Assembly (NCBI GenBank): GCA_963667015.2
Contig: CAXXJJ010000004.1
Location: forward strand, 1,312,001 to 1,376,000
Direction: 5' to 3'
Source of the DNA: Desulfatiglandales bacterium
GTDB taxonomy: Bacteria; Desulfobacterota; DSM-4660; Desulfatiglandales; HGW-15
DNA length: 64,000 nt
This document shows, piece after piece, positions 51,200-60,987 of this stretch; the stretch's first letter is position 1, and every line of letters begins with the position of its first letter. The notes under the pieces were generated by a model. It saw nothing but the letters and a program-made list of their open reading frames with translations. It was not told where the DNA came from and ran no database searches. A program made the position numbers and the translations under genes.

Positions 51200-51547
51200 A
51201 TGATTGCCTATTGCGGCATAGACTGTTCAAGATGTAAAAGTTTTATTGCAACACAATCCGGAAACAATGAAAAACTGGTTCAAGCTGCAGCAGAACTTTC
51301 AAAAGTGTATTGTGCGGAAGTAAAGCCCGAGTACGTAATATGTGACGGCTGCAGGCAGGGCAAGAGACATTCCTATTACTGCTCTAATATGTGTAAGATG
51401 AAAAAATGCTGCATTGAAAACAAATTCAATTCATGCATTGAATGCCATGATTATCCGTGTAAAGAGCTGCAGTTTGAACTGAATAATAATCCGGACGCAA
51501 AAGATAATCTTGAGAAAATGAAGGCGGACAGGGTAATATATAGATAA
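51200..51547 (+). CDS. DUF3795 Cys-rich protein
   Basis: MIAYCGIDCSRC, CDGC, C..K.CC......C.EC..YPC; last codons come from the adjacent repeat. Confidence 0.88.
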   Translation: MIAYCGIDCSRCKSFIATQSGNNEKLVQAAAELSKVYCAEVKPEYVICDGCRQGKRHSYYCSNMCKMKKCCIENKFNSCIECHDYPCKELQFELNNNPDAKDNLEKMKADRVIYR

Positions 51548-51933
51548 AGATGCTGAAATTGATTCAATTTAGGCCATGTAAGAGGATCAACTTCATATAT
51601 TTTCTGTATCAGTCTTGCCCAGTTTTTCCGATATTCTTTGGATGATCCTTCCGACTCCAGGATAGAGGGAATCAGTTCATCCTTTTCTGCCTTTTTCCGT
51701 TTACCGCTAGCCACGTTGGAATAATAGCCATAGTAGCGTACAATCTGTTCGCTCTTATTGTGCACATGGAAAGTCATGGCAGCCAGCCATTCAAGTGCAT
51801 CAAAAACCTTTTCAGATTTCCCACCCTTTGACTGGTATACAACCTTTGACTCTTCCCGGATATAGGTCATCCTCTCCTGTGAAAAGGAGGCTCGTACAAA
51901 TATCCCGGGCCAGATTCTCCATGGCCTTTTCAT
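51520..51933 (-). mobile_element. IS91-family (Y2) transposase C-terminal remnant, copy 1
   Basis: FDALEWLA, VRYYGYYSN, WARLIQKIYEVDPL motifs; N-terminus absent. Confidence 0.85.
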
Positions 51934-52473
51934 GCTTGAGTACTCCCTTTATATTACAAAGAATATTATCCACTATTATAAACCAGATGGATATTATCTT
52001 CTGGATGATATAGCAACACAGATGAATTCATTTATATCCCCGCAGGTATTTGAGGAGCTTCTGGTTCCCAGATATAAAAAATGTCTCGACATTGCGCGTG
52101 ACGCGGGTATTCCTGGATTCTATCATAACTGTGGAAAGTGTGAAAACCTTATGCAGTATATGGTTGACATCGGGGTTAGTGTCTGGGATCCGGCCCAGAC
52201 AATGAATGACCTGCCTGCCATGAAAAAGAAATACGGGCGATGCCTGGCGATCAACGGCGGATTCGAATATTATATGCTTCCCACATGGCCGGAATTTGAC
52301 GAAGAAGAAGTAAGAAACGCTGTTAAGGAAACATTTGATATGCTGGTACCTGATGGAGGATTCATGTTTAATGGTGGCGTCAAATCGCTTGATTTACCAA
52401 TCCGGATGTCCAGAGGATTAATGCAGTGATTATTGATGAGGCTGAAAAATTGAGTACACAGTATTACAGTTAA
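51932..52473 (+). pseudogene. Uroporphyrinogen decarboxylase/MtaA-family protein, 5'-truncated with 3' frameshift
   Basis: DDIATQ..SFISP..F, HNCGK, PAQ..ND, GGF; alternative frame continues TNPDVQRINAVIIDEAEKLSTQYYS*. Confidence 0.75.
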
Positions 52474-52639
52474 GCCTGTACTTGTATAACCGGGACATTA
52501 TTTATAAAGCGGGAGTGAAGCATCGCTCCCGTTTTTTTATATACGATTAAACTCTGACAGGTAACTAAGGTGTATATCTTAATAGCAGTTCGAATGCAGG
52601 GCTGCTGATAAAAACTGATGATATCAGTCACAAGTAAAA

Positions 52640-52668
52640 TTGACTTTAAGGCAAATATTCAATATAGT
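52640..52668 (+). promoter_or_regulatory. Sigma70 promoter of the CDF-HflK operon
   Basis: TTGACT-N17-TATAGT; palindrome ACTGAT-GAT-ATCAGT just upstream (~52614-52628). Confidence 0.65.
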
Positions 52669-52717
52669 CCAGATGCATCAAAATAAGGGGTGTTATACCA
52701 CAACTTCCTGGTTATAA

Positions 52718-54481
52718 ATGACAGATAAAATTCAAACTAACGATACAGCTTCTCCTGATATAAATGATTCCCGGAGAATAAAGGGACTCGTCAAGGCATC
52801 ATTTTGTGCAATGGGGGTGGATATTCTTTTAATATCCATTAAATATTTCCTTGCCTATCTGACTCAAAACGCTGTCCTCCTGGCTGACGCACTTCATTCC
52901 GGCGCTGATTTTGCCGTCAGCTTTGTGGTCCTGCTGTCCATCCTTGTGAAGTATATATTCCATGGAAGCAAAAAGGCACGTAAAGCCGAGGCATTTGTTG
53001 CTTTTCTAATTTCACTGCTCCTGCTTTTCGGCAGCTATGAGATGTTTTTGTATGTATGGAATAGTGATCCATCCAAATTCCTGTTTATTACAGATATCCC
53101 CCTGATTATCGCCTTTACAGGTATATCAATTATATTAATTATCACCCTTAAGATGTCTGAATATAAGAAGAGGGTCGGTGCGAAATATTATTCAGATGCC
53201 TTTACAGCGGAAGGCGAGCATACATTTACCGATTTCCTTTCATCGGTGAGTGTGTGGCTGACACTGCTGCTGGGATATTTTGGAATTCATATTGAGAGAG
53301 CCATTACATTCCTGATTGGATTTATTGTCCTGAATATCGGTATCAGGCTTTTATTCAGGTCCCTTAAAAGGTTTGGTCTGAAGTTTAAAATTCTATCCAA
53401 AATCATAGAAAAAGTTCATGCCGATGTAGTTCGCAGGGCACATAAGATTAAAGAGCTCTACATCAGTATCCTGGAAAAGCTGAATCTAAAAATACTGGTT
53501 ATTCCAGGTCTCATTGTAAAAAGATTAAATGCATGGATATGTTTCAATATCCTCCTGATCCTGCTGCTGTATTTCGGCACAGGTCTGTATATTGTTCGTC
53601 CTTACCAGACAGGGCTGGAGCTGCTTTTTGGGAAAGTGGTTGAAAAAAATCCTCCGGGCCTGTGTCTTCATCTTCCAAAGCCTTTTGGAAATGCCTTAAT
53701 TGTTGATACATCAGTAATGATTCGCCTTGAAAGCGGTTTCAGGACTGATATGAGATATATTGGAGAAGAACCTGATCTGTATCTATGGGAGAATATGCAT
53801 AATCAGGGCAGATATATCAAGGTGCCTGAAGAAGCGCTTTCCATTGCAGGGGATGAAAATCTTATCGATATAAATTTTATAGGTTATTACCTCATAACTG
53901 ACCCGGTGCAGTATGCTCTGAATATTGAAAACGCACATGAAACCCTTCGAGATCTTTTTGTACATGAGATACACCTGCTGTGTGGCCAGTACTCTCTGGA
54001 TGATCTGTTAACCGCTGAAAGGAGCGAGATACAGGATCATCTGCTTGAGAAAATAAAAATTACAGCAAACAATCTTTCCATGGGGATTGATATAAAGAAG
54101 GTCTACATGCAGGAAGTCCACCCACCCATTGAGGTAGTCCCTCAATATAGGGATATCTCATCAGCCAGGGAAAAAAAGGATGAAATTATCCACCAGGCCA
54201 GCGCCTATTCCAATGATCTTGTTCCACGTTCACGGGGTGAGGCAACTGCTATAGTTCTAGATTCAAAGGCCTATGCTGATGAAAAAATGAATAATGCACA
54301 GGGTGAGACCGAGAGTTACATATTGAGAGAGCAGAACTTTACTAAATATAAAGCCATTGAAAAAACAGAGATGTGGTGGGAGACTGTAGAGAAGGTTTTA
54401 AAGGACAAGATCCTGTATATAATGCCCTCAAAGGCCCAGCGCAGGTTTTCCAGGAATGATGATAACAGAATAAAAAGGTAA
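52718..54481 (+). CDS. Cation diffusion facilitator TM domain fused to an HflK-like SPFH domain
   Basis: ADALHSGAD and AEGEHTFTD (HxxxD) CDF motifs in about six TM helices; then TM, ELLFGK, PKPF, AGDENLID, VHPP.EV, AY.N..VPR.RGEA. Confidence 0.9.
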   Translation: MTDKIQTNDTASPDINDSRRIKGLVKASFCAMGVDILLISIKYFLAYLTQNAVLLADALHSGADFAVSFVVLLSILVKYIFHGSKKARKAEAFVAFLISLLLLFGSYEMFLYVWNSDPSKFLFITDIPLIIAFTGISIILIITLKMSEYKKRVGAKYYSDAFTAEGEHTFTDFLSSVSVWLTLLLGYFGIHIERAITFLIGFIVLNIGIRLLFRSLKRFGLKFKILSKIIEKVHADVVRRAHKIKELYISILEKLNLKILVIPGLIVKRLNAWICFNILLILLLYFGTGLYIVRPYQTGLELLFGKVVEKNPPGLCLHLPKPFGNALIVDTSVMIRLESGFRTDMRYIGEEPDLYLWENMHNQGRYIKVPEEALSIAGDENLIDINFIGYYLITDPVQYALNIENAHETLRDLFVHEIHLLCGQYSLDDLLTAERSEIQDHLLEKIKITANNLSMGIDIKKVYMQEVHPPIEVVPQYRDISSAREKKDEIIHQASAYSNDLVPRSRGEATAIVLDSKAYADEKMNNAQGETESYILREQNFTKYKAIEKTEMWWETVEKVLKDKILYIMPSKAQRRFSRNDDNRIKR

Positions 54482-55378
54482 ATGATGAAAAAGAGTTCTA
54501 TTTATATCTCAGTTATTGTCGGGATCATTGTTGTTGTTTCCCTGACATGTACACTGATAGTAAATCACGGTGAGAGAGCCGTGCTTATGAATTTTGGCAG
54601 GCTTGTAAAGGTTATCGACAAACCCGGGCTCTACCCCAGATTCCCATACCCCATTAACAGTGTGGTAAGGGTAGGTGCGAAGCAGAATACTCTTGTTCCT
54701 GTCCCATCGGAATTCCTGACAGCCGATAAAAAAAATCTGATTATGGAGACAGCTATCTGTTATGTGATATCGGATCCTGTTTCTTTTATAAAGACTGTTC
54801 GAGACAAAAGCGGGCTTGAAATAAGATTGACCGATTTACTCTACTCCCAGCTGGGTCTGCTCCTTGGACATATAGAACTTTCCGAGCTTGTAAATGTTGA
54901 TCGTGAAAAGATAAAATTCGAAAAATTGAATGAGGATCTTACGCAACTGCTTAAATCCGACAGTAAGGACATGGGCGTTGATGTGAGAAAGGTCTTTATC
55001 AAACGTATGATGCTTCCGACAGATAACAGATTTGCGGTGTTTGAACGCATGCGTGCCGAACGAAACCGTATCGCAAAAAAATATATAGCAGAAGGTGAAG
55101 AAAAGGCCCAGCAGATAAGGGCTGAGGCGGATCGAACTTCACGTGTCCTCCTTGCCGAGGCCAGGAAGGAGGCAACTGTTATTAAGGGACAGGCGGAGGC
55201 ACAGGCCATGAAAATTTATGGTGAATCATATCAAAAGAACAGTGAATTTTATAATTTTGTCCGTTCATTAGATGCCTATGAAAAAATATTCAACGAAAAG
55301 ACTGTAGTTGTTCTTGATGAAAATTCACCGATTTTAGATACCTTTATTTCTGGAGTAGCCGGTGAAGGTAAAAAATAG
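54482..55378 (+). CDS. hflC: HflC-like SPFH protein
   Basis: FGR....I.KPGL, LTADKKNL, FERMRAER..IA....AEGEE.A..IRAEADR, FY.F.RSL.AY. Confidence 0.92.
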   Translation: MMKKSSIYISVIVGIIVVVSLTCTLIVNHGERAVLMNFGRLVKVIDKPGLYPRFPYPINSVVRVGAKQNTLVPVPSEFLTADKKNLIMETAICYVISDPVSFIKTVRDKSGLEIRLTDLLYSQLGLLLGHIELSELVNVDREKIKFEKLNEDLTQLLKSDSKDMGVDVRKVFIKRMMLPTDNRFAVFERMRAERNRIAKKYIAEGEEKAQQIRAEADRTSRVLLAEARKEATVIKGQAEAQAMKIYGESYQKNSEFYNFVRSLDAYEKIFNEKTVVVLDENSPILDTFISGVAGEGKK

Positions 55379-56243
55379 TAGACAGATATTTTACACAGCT
55401 TTGATCCTTCTGGTTTTCATCCTCTATCTCCTTAGCGGAACCTATTCTCTTGAAAACGGTCAGAGGGCAATAGTTTTAACCTTTGGTGAGGTTGTAAAGG
55501 AGGTTTCTGATTCAGGGATACACTATTGTCTTCCATGGCCGACGGGTAAAAAAGTAAAGGTATACGCAAGCAAGGTACAGACGATCTCCATAAAAGAAAG
55601 ACTTGACGAAAAACTTGAGAGATTAACTGGTGATGAAAACCTGATCGTTGTAAATGCCCTTATCAGCTATGACATAAAAAATCTCTTCGCCTATATTTAT
55701 AAATGCAGGGATGTGGAAGGGACCCTGCGATCAATCGGTCAGATGTGTTTAACCAGAGAATTGACAAGAATGACGGTAGACGATGTAATGACAACCGGAA
55801 AGGCGCTGTTGAGGCTCGTCGTAAAGGAAAAAATCCAGGAAATATCAGACAGTATGGAGCTGGGTATAAGGATTATCTCGGTCGAATTGACCGATATCTC
55901 TCCGCCGGGAAGTGTGTCTGATGCATTTAATTCGGTTTCAAATGCGAGAGTGAAAAAACAGGAAATTATCAAAGATGCCGAAGGCTATGCAAACTCCATA
56001 TTGCCCAAGGCCAGGGGTGATTCTGGCACACTTGTTTCAAAGGCAGAGGCATATGCAAAGGAAACATTATCCAACGCAGAAGGCAGTGTAAGTGCATTTA
56101 ATGAGATGCTGGAAGAATATAAAAGGAATCCCGAAATAACTATGAATGTAAAGATGCTTGAAACCATGAAGGTAATTCTCAATAGAAGCAAAATCAAAAT
56201 AGACACAAATCCTTCAAAGAGTGTCTATTATATTTATGAGTGA
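55362..56243 (+). CDS. hflK: Second HflK-like SPFH protein
   Basis: LSG.Y, FGE...SG.HY..PWP, LTGDENL, PP..V.DAF..V, AEGYAN.ILP.ARG; overlaps hflC stop. Confidence 0.9.
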   Translation: MKVKNSRQIFYTALILLVFILYLLSGTYSLENGQRAIVLTFGEVVKEVSDSGIHYCLPWPTGKKVKVYASKVQTISIKERLDEKLERLTGDENLIVVNALISYDIKNLFAYIYKCRDVEGTLRSIGQMCLTRELTRMTVDDVMTTGKALLRLVVKEKIQEISDSMELGIRIISVELTDISPPGSVSDAFNSVSNARVKKQEIIKDAEGYANSILPKARGDSGTLVSKAEAYAKETLSNAEGSVSAFNEMLEEYKRNPEITMNVKMLETMKVILNRSKIKIDTNPSKSVYYIYE

Positions 56244-56270
56244 TATTTTCCAATGATATATGCAATAGTC

Positions 56271-56316
56271 TTCATCTTGACTCCGACTTTAATGCCAGGC
56301 GGGAGTCAAGATGAAT
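56271..56316. terminator. Hairpin between convergent hflK and PPIase genes
   Basis: TTCATCTTGACTCC ... GGAGTCAAGATGAA. Confidence 0.7.
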
Positions 56317-56349
56317 GGGATTTATAAGATTTAAGCAGGTGCAGATATG

Positions 56350-57750
56350 TCAAACACCTTCAAGCGCTGACTCATTGATTTTAAAATCATACTCTTTTAT
56401 TACCTGCTTTTTCCAGTCCTGGGCCTTCTGGTATACTATTTTTTTAGCCATTTCGTTATAAATTTCATCTTTTACCTCATTAAATGCCTTTGAATGGTGC
56501 ACCTCTACGCTGTTCCCCGTGACCTTTGTCAAGTATTTCCTGTCGTATTCCTCCCTAACTTCCTGATCTGATATGAATACGGATCTTGATGCCATGGTGG
56601 CAGTATATTCACGAATCAGAAGTGTATTTAAAAGCTGATCCAGCGATTGTTGGTATTCAGGTTTTTTATCAATTTCTAATCTTGCCGCATCTCTTGTCCA
56701 GATTACATATCTGAAAAATGCTTCTACAAGATCAGGTAATTTTTCATCAGAGATTTCATCATTCTGGAATATATCCTTTTTTTCTATCTGATTTGCCCTG
56801 CTTTTTACTGACGCATAAAGATCAGCCATTGTGTAGTCATTGTCTCCTACTTTAAAAATAATATCCCTGTCACTGTAGGATTCTCCTTTTTTATAGAGAA
56901 AGGCAACATCGTCTGCTTCTATCAGTTGTGACATATAATCTGATTTATATTTTTGAGCGAGCCTTGCCCTCATTTTTTGCTGTAGGGATTTATCTCTAAC
57001 AATGTCAGCTATATTTTTCTCAGTAATGTTTACCTTATCTGCAACCATTATTACATAAGCCCCCTTCGGGGTAATGACAGGCGCTTTAGTGTATTCACCC
57101 TTTGAAAGATTGAATGCGGGAGTAGAAAAATAATCAGGCATCATGTCTCTGGTAATATAGCCGAAAACCCCTCCGTTTTTCAGTGTTGGGTTTTCCGGAA
57201 ATTCTGCAGCCAGGCTTTCAAAGCTCTCGCCGTTATCAAGTCTTTTGATAATTTCTTTTGCTTTTGATGTCAATTCGCTGAGTTTTTGGGTTACTTCATG
57301 GCTTTCCAGTCTTATTTTTCTGGTATTATCATCAGGGTCATTTTTATAGTAATTCAGTGGAAGTAATATATAGCTCACACTGATTGCCGGTTCATTGTAG
57401 GCAGTGCTCTCCATTATATGGTTGAGGTAAAACTTATTGAGGGTTTGTACCCTTGCACGCTTCTTAAGGAACATGAAGCTTTCACTTTTGTCAAAACCTT
57501 CAGTCCGGGCTTTTTCAAGTGCAAATATTTCCAGGGCCATATCAGTGAGCTTGTCTTTCTGCTTATCTTTACTGTCAAGTATTGATTCTTTCTTTATTTT
57601 TTTATCCGAAAGCCAGGAATAAAAATCTTCTTTTGTAATATCCTTTAACCTGCTTGTAGCCAGTTTTTCATTATTCTGTGAACAGGATGATAATAATCCT
57701 GTAAAAAGAATAAAAAATAATAACGATAACGCTGATATTCTTTTTTTCAC
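56350..57750 (-). CDS. PpiC/parvulin-type peptidyl-prolyl isomerase lipoprotein (PrsA/SurA-like)
   Basis: Lipobox LSSC; L..GESFESLAAE, GG..GY, F...AF.L.KGE...PV.T..G. Confidence 0.88.
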   Translation of the reverse strand: MKKRISALSLLFFILFTGLLSSCSQNNEKLATSRLKDITKEDFYSWLSDKKIKKESILDSKDKQKDKLTDMALEIFALEKARTEGFDKSESFMFLKKRARVQTLNKFYLNHIMESTAYNEPAISVSYILLPLNYYKNDPDDNTRKIRLESHEVTQKLSELTSKAKEIIKRLDNGESFESLAAEFPENPTLKNGGVFGYITRDMMPDYFSTPAFNLSKGEYTKAPVITPKGAYVIMVADKVNITEKNIADIVRDKSLQQKMRARLAQKYKSDYMSQLIEADDVAFLYKKGESYSDRDIIFKVGDNDYTMADLYASVKSRANQIEKKDIFQNDEISDEKLPDLVEAFFRYVIWTRDAARLEIDKKPEYQQSLDQLLNTLLIREYTATMASRSVFISDQEVREEYDRKYLTKVTGNSVEVHHSKAFNEVKDEIYNEMAKKIVYQKAQDWKKQVIKEYDFKINESALEGV

Positions 57751-58010
57751 TTGTTACTCCTGAGTTGTTGTTTGAAACGAAGCTTACCCTGAAATCGGTT
57801 GTGTCTCAAGTTGAAATCAACCATGCTAACCACTCATCTCTCCTGTTTCCTGAAGCTAAGAAGTAAATCTGCTTGGGTTTAATTCTAAGTACAGGCTGTT
57901 GCTGACATTTCAGTCCATTGTCTGTAGCGCCTGCCGAATTTTCTCAAAAGATATTCTGGGGTATATCACTTTTTAACCTCCGTACTAAACGCCGGAATGA
58001 TGAGATGTAA

Positions 58011-58048
58011 AAAAGCCTTTTGCCCCGTCTATGCGAGACAAAAGGCTT
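58011..58048 (-). terminator. Terminator after metallophosphoesterase
   Basis: AAGCCTTTTG ... CAAAAGGCTT stem with T-run on the minus strand. Confidence 0.75.
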
Positions 58049-58052
58049 AAGT

Positions 58053-59873
58053 TTAAATTAAGAAAATGCTGTTTTGTAGACTAATCAGTAATTGCAAATA
58101 CACCCTGGTAGTCAATAACAACCCAAATATCAGTAGCAGTATAACCCATGTGCCGACATCGTATGTAATATCAGGCGCTGCTGTTGTGTAAGAACCGTAT
58201 ACCACATCCCACTCACCATCACTGTTCAGTGATACAATTCTGGTGCCAAGATTTGGTGTTACACCGGTCGCAGACATTGAAAGTATATACTTATCTGTTG
58301 TGGTATCACCTGTTTCAGCCAGGCCTGTCAGAATTACTGCATTGCTGTCTATACCGGAGAACTGAGCCTTATCTTTCCAGGCAGTGGTTATTCTCTTTGT
58401 CAGCGGCATTGCAGCGGCTGTAGCATCAGCACCATCAAGAGAATCTTCCACTGATGTACTGTTGTTGGTACCTGTAAGAGATACAGTTGTCCCTTCATAG
58501 GTATCTGTAACAGCAGCATAGTCTTCTCCCTGCTCAACCATGAAGGCCTGGCCGTTAAGGCTGAATGTCCAGGTTTCTTTTTTTACGAAATTAAAGGTTG
58601 GCGTAATATGGGTACCGGGAAGAGATTCATCTACATCTTCAGTCGCAGGATCATCTTCTACAGGGAAAGGAAAGTCATCAGTGTCGCCATAACCGCCTGT
58701 GCTATCTGCATAGTAATCTGCAATAACAATGGGGCCATCAACCGTATAGATGTAAAAACCTGTATTCAGCAATTCGGAGCTTATGACTGTTTGACGGTCT
58801 TTCTGGCCTCGCCATTCGACACCGGCATAATCAGGTCGATAAAATTTAGGACAGGCCGGTGCGGAAATCAGCTGTTCAATGGATGAAAGACCATCCGGGC
58901 TCTCAACAACTGATCTCTGATATTGATGATCATGGCCGCTGATATAAAACGCTGCATCATTGGTTACGAGCTCTGAATAAAAGGTATTCTGAGCATCAAC
59001 GTGTTCATCAAGAAAGCCGAATGGTGAATCAGAGTGGTCGGCAGCTATAAGAGGCTGATGGCTGAATATAAAGGCGTGCTCTGTTCCTCTTATAGTAGCA
59101 TCGAGGCGTTCGCTGATCCATGGCTGCTGATATTCAACCCTGTAACCGTAGTTGTAATCAATAAAGTAAACTCCCAGGCCATGCCAGTCTACTGAATAAA
59201 GTACTTCAGACTGAAGGGGTGTTTCCCAGGTATCGAAAATCACAAATGTAGCACTGTTGCCGTCTCCGTCGTCATAATCAAATGCATAGGAGATGCCGTT
59301 TAATTCCGTTTCCATGTTTGGATAGTTGTCATTAGTCGGGCTGCTGAAATTTGTCGCTCCAAAAAGATTATCCCCCAGTCCCTGATTCTGTGGAAAGTTT
59401 GTCTGTATTGCATCTATGCAAAAACCATTTGGGGTTGCTCCAAAAATGGCAGCATAGGTTTCATGATTTCCGCGCATACCGAAAAAGCCTATTCCTGCAT
59501 CATACAGGGTCTGGGCATAAGCGGCCCTGGCTTCTATACCTTCTGTCGTTCCGGTGTCTGTAAGGTCACCCACCTGAATGACAAATTCTACACCCTTATC
59601 AATAAACTGCTGGTTCATCTGTTCAATGAACGATCCCGCTACCCTTTCATCGTTTAAGCGTGCAGGGTCATCAGATATTGTCCATTGGGTGTCTCCCATT
59701 ACAGCGAATGACCATGATGTATCGACCGGTGGCGGTGCTTCTGTTTCCGGTGCCATAAAACTATCATTGGGCTGTCCCTCTGGATGGCTGGTATTTTCGT
59801 TACATGCCGGTAGTGTAATAATAAAGGCCAGAATTAATATTAGAATAGAATTGTTCAATCTTTTTTTGTACAT
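58053..59873 (-). CDS. Secreted calcineurin-like metallophosphoesterase lipoprotein (3' end probably frameshifted; true stop likely 58081)
   Basis: Lipobox LPAC; GDTQ, QVGDL, RGNHE, FSH, SGHDH; other frame ends YTATDIWVVIDYQGVFAITD*. Confidence 0.88.
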   Translation of the reverse strand: MYKKRLNNSILILILAFIITLPACNENTSHPEGQPNDSFMAPETEAPPPVDTSWSFAVMGDTQWTISDDPARLNDERVAGSFIEQMNQQFIDKGVEFVIQVGDLTDTGTTEGIEARAAYAQTLYDAGIGFFGMRGNHETYAAIFGATPNGFCIDAIQTNFPQNQGLGDNLFGATNFSSPTNDNYPNMETELNGISYAFDYDDGDGNSATFVIFDTWETPLQSEVLYSVDWHGLGVYFIDYNYGYRVEYQQPWISERLDATIRGTEHAFIFSHQPLIAADHSDSPFGFLDEHVDAQNTFYSELVTNDAAFYISGHDHQYQRSVVESPDGLSSIEQLISAPACPKFYRPDYAGVEWRGQKDRQTVISSELLNTGFYIYTVDGPIVIADYYADSTGGYGDTDDFPFPVEDDPATEDVDESLPGTHITPTFNFVKKETWTFSLNGQAFMVEQGEDYAAVTDTYEGTTVSLTGTNNSTSVEDSLDGADATAAAMPLTKRITTAWKDKAQFSGIDSNAVILTGLAETGDTTTDKYILSMSATGVTPNLGTRIVSLNSDGEWDVVYGSYTTAAPDITYDVGTWVILLLIFGLLLTTRVYLQLLISLQNSIFLI

Positions 59874-60626
59874 TATTCCCCCACCTAATCATGATTGAAT
59901 AACATGATATGATTAGAAATGTTTTTTGAACTGCCATTAGTGGAAAACCAGTTATTGCCTGAGTAGCTTAACTTTAACGATCACCACCTTTCAGAAATAG
60001 GGTTATTAAATATTTGAAATTCAGACATCACTTAACTGCAATTGTTTTTCCCAATCTTATGCAAAAATACCCTTTTGGCAAAAGCCGGGAACTAAAATAT
60101 AATACTTCAATAAGTTCAGGTAATATTTATAACTTGAGTGGCTATAAGCTAACTAATTGTAATATCAACATATTAAATTCATAGCAATTTTCAATTAATT
60201 CATTTTTTACTGTAGATTTTTCACAATTATAGAAGCATTTAATAGAAACTGATGGTCCTATATCATAATGTAGATTGCCGGAAGATTGCCGGAACATTAC
60301 AAATTGGCAATGTTGTGCTGAGAAGTAATATATTGACGAAAATGAATATTTTAGGGGGATGTAGTTGGCCTGCCGCGTAGCTTCATAATAAAAAGTGAAA
60401 ACACTCTCCAAAGTTTGAGATTTAGAAAGTGTATAAAAAAATGCGAGAGCGAATTACTGCGCCCGCATTTACTTTTGAAGATCTAATAATTTGATTTGAT
60501 GAGAATTCCACTTTTGAGGAATGAAGTATATGGAGTTGAGCGTTGTGTGTCAATCCCAAACCTCCCCAGCATATTGTAGTTCTATAAAACCGATCAAAAA
60601 TAGCAAATAAGTGGGATAGAGATTAA

Positions 60627-60824
60627 GAAGGCGGACAGGGTAATATATAGATAAAGATGCTGAAATTGATTCAATTTAGGCCATGTAAGAGGATCAACTT
60701 CATATATTTTCTGTATCAGTCTTGCCCAGTTTTTCCGGTATTCTTTGGATGATCCTTCCGACTCCAGGATAGAGGGAATCAGTTCATCCTTTTCTGCCTT
60801 TTTCCGTTTACCGCGAGCCACGTT
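60627..60824 (-). mobile_element. IS91-like remnant, copy 2 (198-bp direct repeat of 51520-51717)
   Basis: Identical to copy 1 except for two substitutions. Confidence 0.9.
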
Positions 60825-60987
60825 CAATATTATTAAAATGAGGTTTATGGTTGCTTTCGATGATCAATAAATTATTTATATGCCTTTAAAAATTATCCTG
60901 TTTAAAAACCTTTTTACATGTTATTTTTCTTCTCTTACTGCATGGTCAGGGTATAGAGAGAAGTGAAAAATACAACAGGAGCTTTTT

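Noticed and set aside
57845..57975. Short minus-strand ORF with GGAGG RBS and in-frame TGA (possible selenoprotein)
   Set aside because: No redox motif around the TGA and no convincing SECIS hairpin; too short to support.
59900..60010. c-di-GMP-I (GEMM) riboswitch upstream of the phosphoesterase
   Set aside because: The GAAA-containing segment lacks the conserved GGCAAAC...GACGCAAAGC / tetraloop-receptor layout.
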